From contig DATFMH010000238.1 of NCBI GenBank assembly GCA_035267045.1, positions 5,914-69,913 on the forward strand: a stretch of 64,000 nucleotides of DNA, given 5' to 3'. Made by a program: the position numbers and the translations under genes. Positions 41,826-51,287 of the stretch are shown piece after piece. Source of the DNA: Balneolales bacterium (GTDB taxonomy: Bacteria > Bacteroidota > Rhodothermia > Balneolales > DATFMH01). Position 1 is the first letter of the stretch. Every line of letters starts with the position of its first letter. The notes beneath the pieces were generated by a model that had not been told where the DNA came from, made no database searches, and was given only the letters and a program-made list of their open reading frames with translations.

Positions 41826-44800
41826 ATGAAATTAATAAGAAAGGATTCATTCTTTTGTTTGATACGAAACCTGATTACGAAGTTAATATGGGCTCCTGTT
41901 TTTATTATTACACTTTTCATTGGAACGGTATATGCCCAAAACATGAACTCTGGTCATACAGTGAAAGGGAAAGTTGTTGATTCGGCAACTAAATCACCTT
42001 TACCCGGAGTAAATATTGTAATCAAAGGGACAATGCATGGAACATCAACCAATAAAAAAGGGAGATATAATTTAAATAACGTTCAATCATCGGACACTCT
42101 TGTTTTTTCCTTCATTGGTTATGTCACTAAATTCATACCTGTCAAAAACCGGTCAACTATTAATGTGAGGCTATCCCAAAAAACAATACACGGGAAGAAA
42201 ATGGTGGTAGTCGGTTATGGTGAGCAAAAGCAAACCAGCTTGACCAGTTCTGTTTCGAATGTGAATGTGAAAAATGTTAAGAAGCAGAATTTACCCGATG
42301 TAAGAGAATCACTACAAGGTGTATCTCCTGGTGTGACCATCCAAAAAAATGGAGGCGCTCCCGGATCGAAGAACATGCAAATTAATATACGTGGTATAAA
42401 CACGATAGGTAATACAAATCCTTTGATTCTTGTAAACGGAATCGAACAAAATTTATCTGATTTGAACCCGGATAACATCAAATCAATTTCCGTTTTAAAA
42501 GGTGCGGCAGCAACTTCTATTTATGGTTCCAGGGGGGCTAATGGCGTAATTCTTGTTACAACAAAACAGCCTCAAAAGGGTAAATTACATGTATCATATA
42601 GTGGTTATTATGGAATACAAACAGTAGCACATAAACCCCCTCAATTGGGTTTAAGAGCCTCTCTAAATCTGATCAACACTGAATACAAGAATCAGCCTAA
42701 TGGGAAACCCAAATATACGCAACAACAAATAGATCAATGGGTCAATTCAGATAACAGGTTCAAATATCCTGAACAGAATGCATTCTGGAATGTATTATTC
42801 CGCCAGGCACCGGTTGAAAATCATTCATTAACCTTTAATGGCGGTAATGGAAATATCCAGTCCCGGTTGTCACTGAACTATAATAATGAAGGCGGTATCA
42901 TCCCCAATTCGAATTCAAGAAGGTATAGTATCAATTTCGATAATAATATCGATGTTACAGACCATATAAATGTAAGTGCCAACTTATTATACCGGAATAA
43001 AATTAATGAAGAGCCTTACGGATTAAATAATGATTTTCCACAGATCTATTTTGAACTATGGCACTGGACCGAGTTCACAACTCCTCAATATCCCAATGGT
43101 ACGTTTGGATTAAGCGGGTTAAAAACGAATCCATTGATGCTTGCCGATATGTCCGGATGGCAACATCATGTCACGGATTATGCAGTTGGTAATTTAAAAG
43201 CCAATGTGGATATCCTGCCAAATCTTACTTATACCTTCCAATTTGGCGGACATATTAGTTTGGCATCGGATAAAAACTATAAAAATAATTTTACGGAACT
43301 AAATTACTACAATGGTAACCAGGTTTTTGATTACGGTTATAATAATTCAAATGTGTACAATAACCGGGACAGCAGGTGGAATATGAAAAACCTGTTGAAG
43401 TATGATCTGACCATTCATAAAAATCAGATTCATGCTTTACTGGGTTATGAACAGACCAAAGCCAATTATCACTGGTCGAATGCTTATCGGGAACAGTTTT
43501 ATAATAATCAGATAACCGCTTTAAATGCTGCTTCACAGAATAACTGGAGTAATGGAGGTAACAATAATGAGAGACGACTTCGGTCAGTCTTTGGTAGGAT
43601 CCATTATTCATATGCCAATACCTATATGATCGAAGCCAATGCCCGTTATGATGGTTCATCGAAGTTTTACGGATCAAACAACCAGTACAGTTTTTTCCCT
43701 TCTTTTTCAGCAGGTTGGAGAGTATCCAAAGAAAACTTTTGGAAACCGCTCAAATCTATTGTTAATGAGTTCAAGTTAAGGGGATCGTGGGGTAAGGCCG
43801 GTAATAATGATGTTGGGCTTTACACTTTTTTCCCGGCTCTAAATCATACAACCTATGATTTCGGCGGGAATTTAGTGGATGGTTATGTTAAAACGAACAT
43901 ATCCAATAAAAACCTGACATGGGAGACTACCACTCAAACCGATTTGGGTTTTGATGCCCAGCTATTTAATGGCCGTTTTGGTGTCACATTCGACTGGTAT
44001 AAGAAAAAAACAACCGGAATATTGTTGACTCTTCCGATTCCGGCAACTGTTGGTTTGAATCCAGCACCACAAAATGCCGGTCGTGTTGATAATAACGGTT
44101 GGGAACTATCACTGAGTTATAAAGATGTCGTTAATAAAGATCTTAATTTTTCTGTATCAGGGAATATTTCAAATAATCACAATAAGGTTATTAGCCTGGC
44201 GGGAACCGGACCCTATACGGGACGTACCGTTAAGAAAGTGGGTGTACCATTGGATTCATTCTGGGGATATAAGATCCTGGGACTCTTTCAATCCAAGCAG
44301 GAGATCGCCAATTATCCAACGTACGCTGGTAAAAACAATACTTATCCGGGCGATCTGAAATATGCCGATCTGAATGGAGACGGAAAGATCAGTTCTGCTG
44401 ATAAAACGGTTATTGGCAATGGGTTTCCCCATTATCAATTTGGTCTGAATGGCAGTGTCAATTATAAGGAATTCGACCTGAGTTTCTTCATACAAGGTGT
44501 TGGTCAGTTAACAGCTCAGGAGGGTGGACCACCACAACTCGGAGGAGCTTTTCAGGGTTTCATACTTAAAATTGCAGGTGATTACTGGACGCCCAATAAC
44601 AGGCATGCACGTTTTCCAAGGCCACAAAAATTCAGTCATAAAAACTTTCAGGAGAGTTCATGGTGGAATATCAACGCCGCTTATGTTCGGTTGAAGAATG
44701 TGCAGCTGGGTTACACTTTGCCCTCAAGAATTACCAAGAGGGTAGGAATCAGTAACCTGAGATTTTATGTAAGCGGAATGAATCTCCTGACAATTTCAAA

Positions 44801-44906
44801 TGCCTTAAAATGGGGAACAAGTCCTGAAAATCCGGCTTTTGGAAATGCCGGAGGGTACTATCCCGGTACAAAAAGCTACACAATGGGCATAAATCTGAAA
44901 TTCTAA
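41826..44906 (+). CDS. SusC/RagA-family TonB-dependent outer-membrane transporter (PUL-A)
   Basis: 1026 aa. CarboxypepD_reg-like N-domain (GKVVDSATKSPLPGVNIVIKGT), plug (VVVGYGEQK...), SusC signature NLKF C-terminus. Followed by SusD. Confidence 0.93.
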   Translation: MKLIRKDSFFCLIRNLITKLIWAPVFIITLFIGTVYAQNMNSGHTVKGKVVDSATKSPLPGVNIVIKGTMHGTSTNKKGRYNLNNVQSSDTLVFSFIGYVTKFIPVKNRSTINVRLSQKTIHGKKMVVVGYGEQKQTSLTSSVSNVNVKNVKKQNLPDVRESLQGVSPGVTIQKNGGAPGSKNMQINIRGINTIGNTNPLILVNGIEQNLSDLNPDNIKSISVLKGAAATSIYGSRGANGVILVTTKQPQKGKLHVSYSGYYGIQTVAHKPPQLGLRASLNLINTEYKNQPNGKPKYTQQQIDQWVNSDNRFKYPEQNAFWNVLFRQAPVENHSLTFNGGNGNIQSRLSLNYNNEGGIIPNSNSRRYSINFDNNIDVTDHINVSANLLYRNKINEEPYGLNNDFPQIYFELWHWTEFTTPQYPNGTFGLSGLKTNPLMLADMSGWQHHVTDYAVGNLKANVDILPNLTYTFQFGGHISLASDKNYKNNFTELNYYNGNQVFDYGYNNSNVYNNRDSRWNMKNLLKYDLTIHKNQIHALLGYEQTKANYHWSNAYREQFYNNQITALNAASQNNWSNGGNNNERRLRSVFGRIHYSYANTYMIEANARYDGSSKFYGSNNQYSFFPSFSAGWRVSKENFWKPLKSIVNEFKLRGSWGKAGNNDVGLYTFFPALNHTTYDFGGNLVDGYVKTNISNKNLTWETTTQTDLGFDAQLFNGRFGVTFDWYKKKTTGILLTLPIPATVGLNPAPQNAGRVDNNGWELSLSYKDVVNKDLNFSVSGNISNNHNKVISLAGTGPYTGRTVKKVGVPLDSFWGYKILGLFQSKQEIANYPTYAGKNNTYPGDLKYADLNGDGKISSADKTVIGNGFPHYQFGLNGSVNYKEFDLSFFIQGVGQLTAQEGGPPQLGGAFQGFILKIAGDYWTPNNRHARFPRPQKFSHKNFQESSWWNINAAYVRLKNVQLGYTLPSRITKRVGISNLRFYVSGMNLLTISNALKWGTSPENPAFGNAGGYYPGTKSYTMGINLKF

Positions 44907-44924
44907 CAGTAAAATTATTCAGTC

Positions 44925-46529
44925 ATGTATTTTAAGAAATATTCAATATTACTTATAACGATGGCACTTTGTTTAGTTGCTGTTGGTTGTAAAGATAATT
45001 TGCTTCAAACAGTACCTAACGACCGGGTGTCTACAGCTACCTATTGGAAAACCACCAATGATGCAAAATTAGCAGTAAATAACCTGTATAACTACCTCTA
45101 TAACCCTGTTGATTTAATGAATTGGGCAGCCGTCTCGGATATAGCAACCGGTAATGGCGGGTTTAATGCGATAACGCACTACGAACATGATATCGAAACT
45201 GCTGATGGCGGTTACGGCAGTTTTATATGGAATCATTCATATAAAGGTATCAGGGCATGTAATGAGTTTCTCACACACGTCCAGGATATCAAACCTCAAA
45301 GTAATGGTGATCAGAAAAAGCTTGCAGAGTACAAGGCTCAGGCCCGGTTTATGAGAGCTTATTTGTATACGTATCTGATCGAGTTTTTCGGTAATGTGCC
45401 GTTGATCAAGAAGCCCATATCGGTCAAAGATGCTAAAAAACTGACACGAACAGATAAAAGCAAGGTATGGGATTTCATTAGCAGTGAGTTGCAGGATGCT
45501 GCCGGTAATTTGCCAATAACTTATAATAACGATAATAAGGGGCGAATAACAAAAGGTGCCGCACTAGCCATGAAAGCCAGGGCGATGTTGTATGCCGGCA
45601 GGTATTCGGAAGCGGCAAAAGCGGCAAAAGCTGTAATGGATTTGGGAATCTATAGTATATATCCCAGTTATAAAGATCTGTTCAGTTATAAGGCAGAAAA
45701 TAATAGTGAAGTCATACTGGATAAAGAATTTATAAAGGATAACGAGCCACAGGGATTACTTGGTTATATTGGTCCGGGTTCCTTTCCACATGTGGGTTCC
45801 GACCAGGAAGTTGTGCCATCAGCTAATATTGTCAATGCCTACCACATGAAGAGTGGTTTACCTATAACAGATCCAAGTAGTGGTTTTGATCCGAAACATC
45901 CATATCAGAACAGGGATCCGCGGTTAGATTACTCCATATTCGTTAAAGGCGATACCCTGCCGACCGGTATAGTGTATGATCCAAGACCGGGTTTTGGAGG
46001 GGCTGATGATATCTCGAAAGGTTTCGGTACCACTCAAACCGGATTTAATATCGAAAAATATGTATCGAAACAGGATATACAAGCACCAACTAACAGTGGA
46101 TTAAATATTATCCTGATACGATATGCAGAAGTCCTTCTGACCTATGCCGAGGCTAAGATCGAGATGAACGATATTGATCAGTCAGTCTATAACGCCATAA
46201 ATAAAGTCAGACAGCGTCCGGATGTAAATATGCCCTCCATACAACCATCCAAAACGCAGGGTGAGATGAGAAAGATCGTTCGGCACGAAAGAGAAGTGGA
46301 ATTAGCCTTCGAAGGCTTCCGTTTTTTTGATATCAAAAGATGGGGAATTGCCGAAAAGGTAATGAATGGTCCGATTAAAGGTATGACCTATACTGACAAA
46401 TCCGGCAATATGCAAACTGTAGTTTACAGTGATTTCAACCGAAAATTCGTTAAACGTGATTATCTGTGGCCCATACCTCAGAAAGAGTTGGACCTGGATC
46501 CTAAAATGAACCAGAATCCGGGTTGGTAA
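44925..46529 (+). CDS. SusD/RagB-family lipoprotein (PUL-A)
   Basis: 534 aa. Lipobox LVAVGC, TPR-like SusD body, C-terminal motif PIPQKELDLDPKMNQNPGW. Confidence 0.93.
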   Translation: MYFKKYSILLITMALCLVAVGCKDNLLQTVPNDRVSTATYWKTTNDAKLAVNNLYNYLYNPVDLMNWAAVSDIATGNGGFNAITHYEHDIETADGGYGSFIWNHSYKGIRACNEFLTHVQDIKPQSNGDQKKLAEYKAQARFMRAYLYTYLIEFFGNVPLIKKPISVKDAKKLTRTDKSKVWDFISSELQDAAGNLPITYNNDNKGRITKGAALAMKARAMLYAGRYSEAAKAAKAVMDLGIYSIYPSYKDLFSYKAENNSEVILDKEFIKDNEPQGLLGYIGPGSFPHVGSDQEVVPSANIVNAYHMKSGLPITDPSSGFDPKHPYQNRDPRLDYSIFVKGDTLPTGIVYDPRPGFGGADDISKGFGTTQTGFNIEKYVSKQDIQAPTNSGLNIILIRYAEVLLTYAEAKIEMNDIDQSVYNAINKVRQRPDVNMPSIQPSKTQGEMRKIVRHEREVELAFEGFRFFDIKRWGIAEKVMNGPIKGMTYTDKSGNMQTVVYSDFNRKFVKRDYLWPIPQKELDLDPKMNQNPGW

Positions 46530-46667
46530 TATATCAAGATAACAGGGCTCTGTTGAGATGATGGAGCCTTGTTCTAACTACAGTGTTTTTAAATGGCGGA
46601 ATACAGATCACAAGTAACTACAAATAACAGCAGTTTATATAATCGAACATATAAACAGAAAGAAATT

Positions 46668-47291
46668 ATGAAACGTACGATAATAGGTTTATTGACTTTA
46701 ACTTTTTTGACTTGTTTTCATATGCAGAATGTGAAAGCGCAATCGCAAGTCTCAGGTGGTATAAAAGGAGGTGTCTCCATTTTCAATTTTACAGGAAAGG
46801 ATGTAAGCGGTAGTGGTATTTATACTGCTCTGAATGGCGGGCTCTTTGTTGATTTTTCCCCTTCACGGGTATTTAGCGTACAACCTGAATTGAATGTTAA
46901 ATCGGAAGGAGCCAATTACGGCATGATGATCAATGGATTTCCATACAGGAGAGCCAGGGTAACCTATTTGCAAGTTCCTATTCTTTTGAAATTATCGCCG
47001 TTTAATAACGGATCAAAACCGGCGGTTTCTCCCTCAATATTTGCAGGTCCGGCATTTAATGTAATGTTATTTAAACAGTTAAATGGAGAGGTCCTTCCGG
47101 ATGTAACCGGGGGATACTCAATAGATCAAAATCCTAAACAAACAGCTTACAGTGTAATAGGTGGTGTAGGTGTTACTATAAAAAACTTATATATTATTGA
47201 CCTGAGGTATGAAAAAGGTCTAACAAATGTATTTAAACAGGGTGATATCAAAAGCGGTGGCATTATGATAACAACGGGTTTTAAGTTCTAA
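46668..47291 (+). CDS. small outer-membrane beta-barrel protein (porin-family/OMP_b-brl_2-like)
   Basis: The ORF is open from 46593, but the ATG at 46668 gives a clean signal peptide, MKRTIIGLLTLTFLTCFHMQNVKAQ. Alternating beta-strand pattern with a terminal F. Confidence 0.7.
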   Translation: MKRTIIGLLTLTFLTCFHMQNVKAQSQVSGGIKGGVSIFNFTGKDVSGSGIYTALNGGLFVDFSPSRVFSVQPELNVKSEGANYGMMINGFPYRRARVTYLQVPILLKLSPFNNGSKPAVSPSIFAGPAFNVMLFKQLNGEVLPDVTGGYSIDQNPKQTAYSVIGGVGVTIKNLYIIDLRYEKGLTNVFKQGDIKSGGIMITTGFKF

Positions 47292-47369
47292 AGCGATACA
47301 AATGTATTAAATCAAAATTACCTTAATAAACAGTAATATAACGTTCTTTTTATGAATCTTACTCAGGGG

Positions 47370-47397
47370 ATTGGGCATTAAATAGTGAATGCCCAAT
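47370..47397 (+). terminator. hairpin after the PUL-A OMP gene
   Basis: attgggcat (47370-47378) pairs with atgcccaat (47389-47397). 9-bp perfect stem, no clear T-run. Confidence 0.35.
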
Positions 47398-47834
47398 CAA
47401 CCCTCACGATTCAATCAATAACCTACACATAAATACGGTATTAAATTATATATTGGCTACCCATCGTAATGGATCGAAGGGTATTACGACATTATAATCT
47501 CCCAAAGGATAATTTAACGATATGGGACATCTAATATTAGTGGGAAATCATATATTCATATCAATCCAGTGTAGTTCAAATATCACAAAAGCGACAAATC
47601 AGGAGGGATAACGAACAAGCAGGAGCTAACGATTTCCAGCTGATGATACCTGTACACTTCGCGAAACAGGATTAAGCAAATAAATATTGTATATAAAAAT
47701 CAGGTATGCATGGATTTAGTTGTTTTTTTAAAAAATTATTCTCATCACTGGAATAACGTATAATGAAACTATGTAATTGTCTGATAGGAGCTTAGAGTGA
47801 TAATTTTATTAATTATGCCTCAGTATAAAAAGAT

Positions 47835-47863
47835 TTGACTCTTCAATTTAAAAAGGGTAAAAT
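47835..47863 (+). promoter_or_regulatory. candidate sigma70-type promoter for SusC-2
   Basis: TTGACT (47835-47840), 17 nt, TAAAAT (47858-47863). Confidence 0.5.
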
Positions 47864-47877
47864 AGTTGAAGCTGTGT

Positions 47878-47891
47878 TGTTAACGTTAACA
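47878..47891. promoter_or_regulatory. LacI-family-type operator candidate (PUL-B, perfect palindrome)
   Basis: TGTTAACGTTAACA sits within the 16-bp perfect palindrome ttgttaacgttaacaa. It starts 15 nt after the putative -10. Confidence 0.6.
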
Positions 47892-47976
47892 ATAATTTTT
47901 CAAAGAAGTTACTTTTGAATAAAGGTTGTGTTTAAGTTATAAGTCATTACTATCGGCTTTTTTTAATACCATTCAA

Positions 47977-47990
47977 AGATAACGTTAACA
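47977..47990. promoter_or_regulatory. second LacI-type operator candidate (PUL-B)
   Basis: AGATAACGTTAACA. The right half-site is perfect. It lies 99 bp from the first site. Confidence 0.45.
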
Positions 47991-48138
47991 TAAAGTAATT
48001 CACATATCACAATGATATGATTGAGATGATTGAAATGCTGTATTGAGCTTAAAAGCGCTTCTAATTCTGATGTGAATACATACAGGAATCAGAAATATAC
48101 ATCTGTAAAACTATCAATAATTACTAACAATTTGTTTT

Positions 48139-51100
48139 ATGATAACTAAATGTAAGAACATTATATACGGTGCACTTCGATTCCTTACGGTAAGCTTTAT
48201 TTGTGCTATTCTTGTTTCAGTGCTTCCCTCAGGGAATGTGTACGCGCAAAATTCAGGTATGGCCATAAAGGGAAAAGTAATTGATGCACAGTCTCAAGCA
48301 CCTTTACCGGGGGTTAACATTGTTGTAAAAGGTACAACAAATGGAACTGCTACCGGTAAAAATGGGAATTATCAGTTATCCAATGTGGGCAGAAATGATA
48401 CGCTGGTTTATTCGTATATCGGATATGTAACCCAATTTATACCCGTTAACGGCAAAAGAGTTATAAATGTATCCCTGAAAACCAGGACGATAAAAGGACA
48501 GGAAATGGTAGTCGTCGGTTATGGAGTGCAGAAAAAAAGTGACCTGACAGGATCCATTACGTCTATTCAAAGTAAAGATTTTAACAAAGGTGTACACACA
48601 TCTGTAGATCAGTTACTTCAAGGTAAGGTTGCAGGGGCTAGAATTGTTGAAAACAGCGGAGAACCTGGAAGCGGTTTATCCGTCAGTATTAGGGGAGCTA
48701 GCTCGGTTAACGCTGGAACAGGCCCATTATATGTGATAGATGGAATGCCCATTGATAATTCAAGTGCTGTTAGTGGAACGGGTTCCGGTTTTGTTGGTTC
48801 CAGGTCGGGAAGTAGTCCTTTGAGCTCTCTTAATCCGAATGATATTGCATCAATAGAGGTTTTGAAAGATGCTTCAGCAACAGCAATATATGGTGCGAGG
48901 GGGGCCAATGGTGTGATCATCATTACCACCAAGCATGGTACAAAAGGGAAAATGAAGGTTGATTATAACGCTTCTGCAGGCTTTCAAAGTCCTGCCAATA
49001 CGATGAATGTTTTATCCCCCCAGCAATATAAGAGTGTAAAAAATGCCATAATCGCCGAAGGCGGGGGATCCCCGGCTGACAAAGTTGGAACATTAAGCAA
49101 TAATGGTCAGGGCACCGATTGGCAGTCTCAAATCTATAATAACCAGGCCCTGATCCAAAATCAGAATTTATCCATTTCGGCAGGTAATGATAAGACACAA
49201 TATCTCATATCCCTGAATTATACCAATCAGGATGGGATTATTAAGACCTCGGGATTTAAGAGATACGGTGGACGCGTAAATCTGACTTCTGATCTAAATG
49301 ATAAATTTCACGTTGGATTTAATTTAAGTGCAACCTATTCAAAGAATAATTTTGCACCTGTAGGATATGGTCTCAATGAATATGCAGGTGCGATGTATAC
49401 CGCAATAAACTGGGACCCCAGTAAACCTGTATATGATTCCAATGGTAATTATTATGTAGATCCCACACTTTCCATGGACAATCCTTTAGCAATCATTCAT
49501 GGTAGTAATTCTTATAAGAATACCTATCGCTATTTTGGTACTGCGTATGGTACGTATGATATTCTGCCGTATTTAAGTGTTAAAATTAATGTGGGTGGTG
49601 ATGTAACAAGTCAACGAAGAGATACCTATATCAATCGTCTGACCAAAATTGGCCGGGCCACAGGTGGTGAAGCCACGATTTTACAGGGACAATTATCCAA
49701 TTATCTGATCGAAGGTACTACTACTTTTCATAAGTCATTTGGTCCAAATGACTTAAAAGTGCTTGCTGGTATTACAACTCAAAAGTTCCTGACTGACCGA
49801 TCGAGCGAATCTGCAAGTGGATTCTCATCCGATGCCACAACTACCAACAATATCGGCTTAGGTGATCAATTAACTTATGGTATTGGCAGTAGTAAATACG
49901 GTTCACGATTATTGTCATATATTGGCAGATTGAATTATACCTTTCATGATAAATACCTATTAACGGCAACTTTCAGAGCGGATGGATCGTCCAAATTTGG
50001 CTCGAATCATAAGTATGGTTACTTCCCTTCATTTGCACTGGGTTGGAAACTTAAACAGGAAAAATTCCTGAAAAATGTGGATTTCATAAGCAATATGAAA
50101 TTGCGTGCAAGCTGGGGACAAACAGGTAATGATGAAATCGGTAATTTCCTGTCAATGACGACATTTGGCTCGGGAGCAAATGCCATATGGAATAATAATC
50201 CAACTGTCGGTTTAAGTCCGACCCGTTTGCCTAATCCCAATATACAATGGGAAACCACAAATCAGACGGATATTGGCTTAGACTTCGGTTTCTTTAATGA
50301 CAGGCTTAATGGTAGTATCGATTATTACCAAAAAAAGACATTTAATATGCTGTTGAACTTACCGGTTCCGAAATCTTCGGGTTTTGGTGTTCAAACTCAA
50401 AATATTGGAAGTATTAAAAACTCGGGATTTGAATTGTCTTTAACTTCTTATAATATCAGCAGTAGAAATCTGCAGTGGAATACCAATCTGAATGTTTCAA
50501 CCTTAAAGAATGAAGTAACAAATTTGGGTGGTATCCCACAAATTATAAGTGGCGGTGCTGGCTTTACGAATCAAATATTTGTAACTCAGGTCGGCTTGCC
50601 ACTGCGTAGTTATTATGGCTATAAAGTAATCGGGGTATGGCAAAAAGGCGATGACTTCTCTAAAACTAAAGACAATGTTCATCCCGGAGATTTAAAATAT
50701 CTGGATGTTAATGGTGATGGAACCGTTAATGCTGCCGACAGGGTACCGCTGGGAAGTTCTTTCCCCAAATATACGTTCTCATTAGATAATACCTTCTCTT
50801 ACAAAAACTTCTCACTCGATGTGTTTATTGAAGGTGTACAGGGGATTAAAATGTTGAACAACAACCTGGTTGATACCTATTTTCCGGTTCAATTCAGAAG
50901 AAATGTTATTGCAAAACCATACTTAAACAGATGGACACCTAGTAATCCTTCTAATAAATATCCTTCATTTGTAACACCATTAGACCAGGGACAAAAAGGG
51001 GTTAATTCTTACACGGTTGAGGATGCGTCTTATGTAAGACTGAAATCCGTACAACTCAGTTATACAGTGCCACGAGAAGCCCTGCATAACGTGATTAATT

Positions 51101-51261
51101 CTTTAGAAATCTCCTTGACGGGTGAAAATCTCTATACACTGACCAATTATCAGGGAATAGATCCGGCTGTCAATTCAAATGGCAATGCCAATGCGCGAAT
51201 CGATTACAACACATATCCGCTTCCCAGAACATTTACACTTGGTCTGAAATTAGGATTTTAA
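48139..51261 (+). CDS. SusC/RagA-family TonB-dependent outer-membrane transporter (PUL-B)
   Basis: 1040 aa. CarboxypepD_reg-like domain, plug (VVVGYGVQKKSDLTGS), SusC-type C-terminus ...GLKLGF. Confidence 0.93.
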   Translation: MITKCKNIIYGALRFLTVSFICAILVSVLPSGNVYAQNSGMAIKGKVIDAQSQAPLPGVNIVVKGTTNGTATGKNGNYQLSNVGRNDTLVYSYIGYVTQFIPVNGKRVINVSLKTRTIKGQEMVVVGYGVQKKSDLTGSITSIQSKDFNKGVHTSVDQLLQGKVAGARIVENSGEPGSGLSVSIRGASSVNAGTGPLYVIDGMPIDNSSAVSGTGSGFVGSRSGSSPLSSLNPNDIASIEVLKDASATAIYGARGANGVIIITTKHGTKGKMKVDYNASAGFQSPANTMNVLSPQQYKSVKNAIIAEGGGSPADKVGTLSNNGQGTDWQSQIYNNQALIQNQNLSISAGNDKTQYLISLNYTNQDGIIKTSGFKRYGGRVNLTSDLNDKFHVGFNLSATYSKNNFAPVGYGLNEYAGAMYTAINWDPSKPVYDSNGNYYVDPTLSMDNPLAIIHGSNSYKNTYRYFGTAYGTYDILPYLSVKINVGGDVTSQRRDTYINRLTKIGRATGGEATILQGQLSNYLIEGTTTFHKSFGPNDLKVLAGITTQKFLTDRSSESASGFSSDATTTNNIGLGDQLTYGIGSSKYGSRLLSYIGRLNYTFHDKYLLTATFRADGSSKFGSNHKYGYFPSFALGWKLKQEKFLKNVDFISNMKLRASWGQTGNDEIGNFLSMTTFGSGANAIWNNNPTVGLSPTRLPNPNIQWETTNQTDIGLDFGFFNDRLNGSIDYYQKKTFNMLLNLPVPKSSGFGVQTQNIGSIKNSGFELSLTSYNISSRNLQWNTNLNVSTLKNEVTNLGGIPQIISGGAGFTNQIFVTQVGLPLRSYYGYKVIGVWQKGDDFSKTKDNVHPGDLKYLDVNGDGTVNAADRVPLGSSFPKYTFSLDNTFSYKNFSLDVFIEGVQGIKMLNNNLVDTYFPVQFRRNVIAKPYLNRWTPSNPSNKYPSFVTPLDQGQKGVNSYTVEDASYVRLKSVQLSYTVPREALHNVINSLEISLTGENLYTLTNYQGIDPAVNSNGNANARIDYNTYPLPRTFTLGLKLGF

Positions 51262-51287
51262 ATAAAAAATAAATTAAAGGTGATAAG

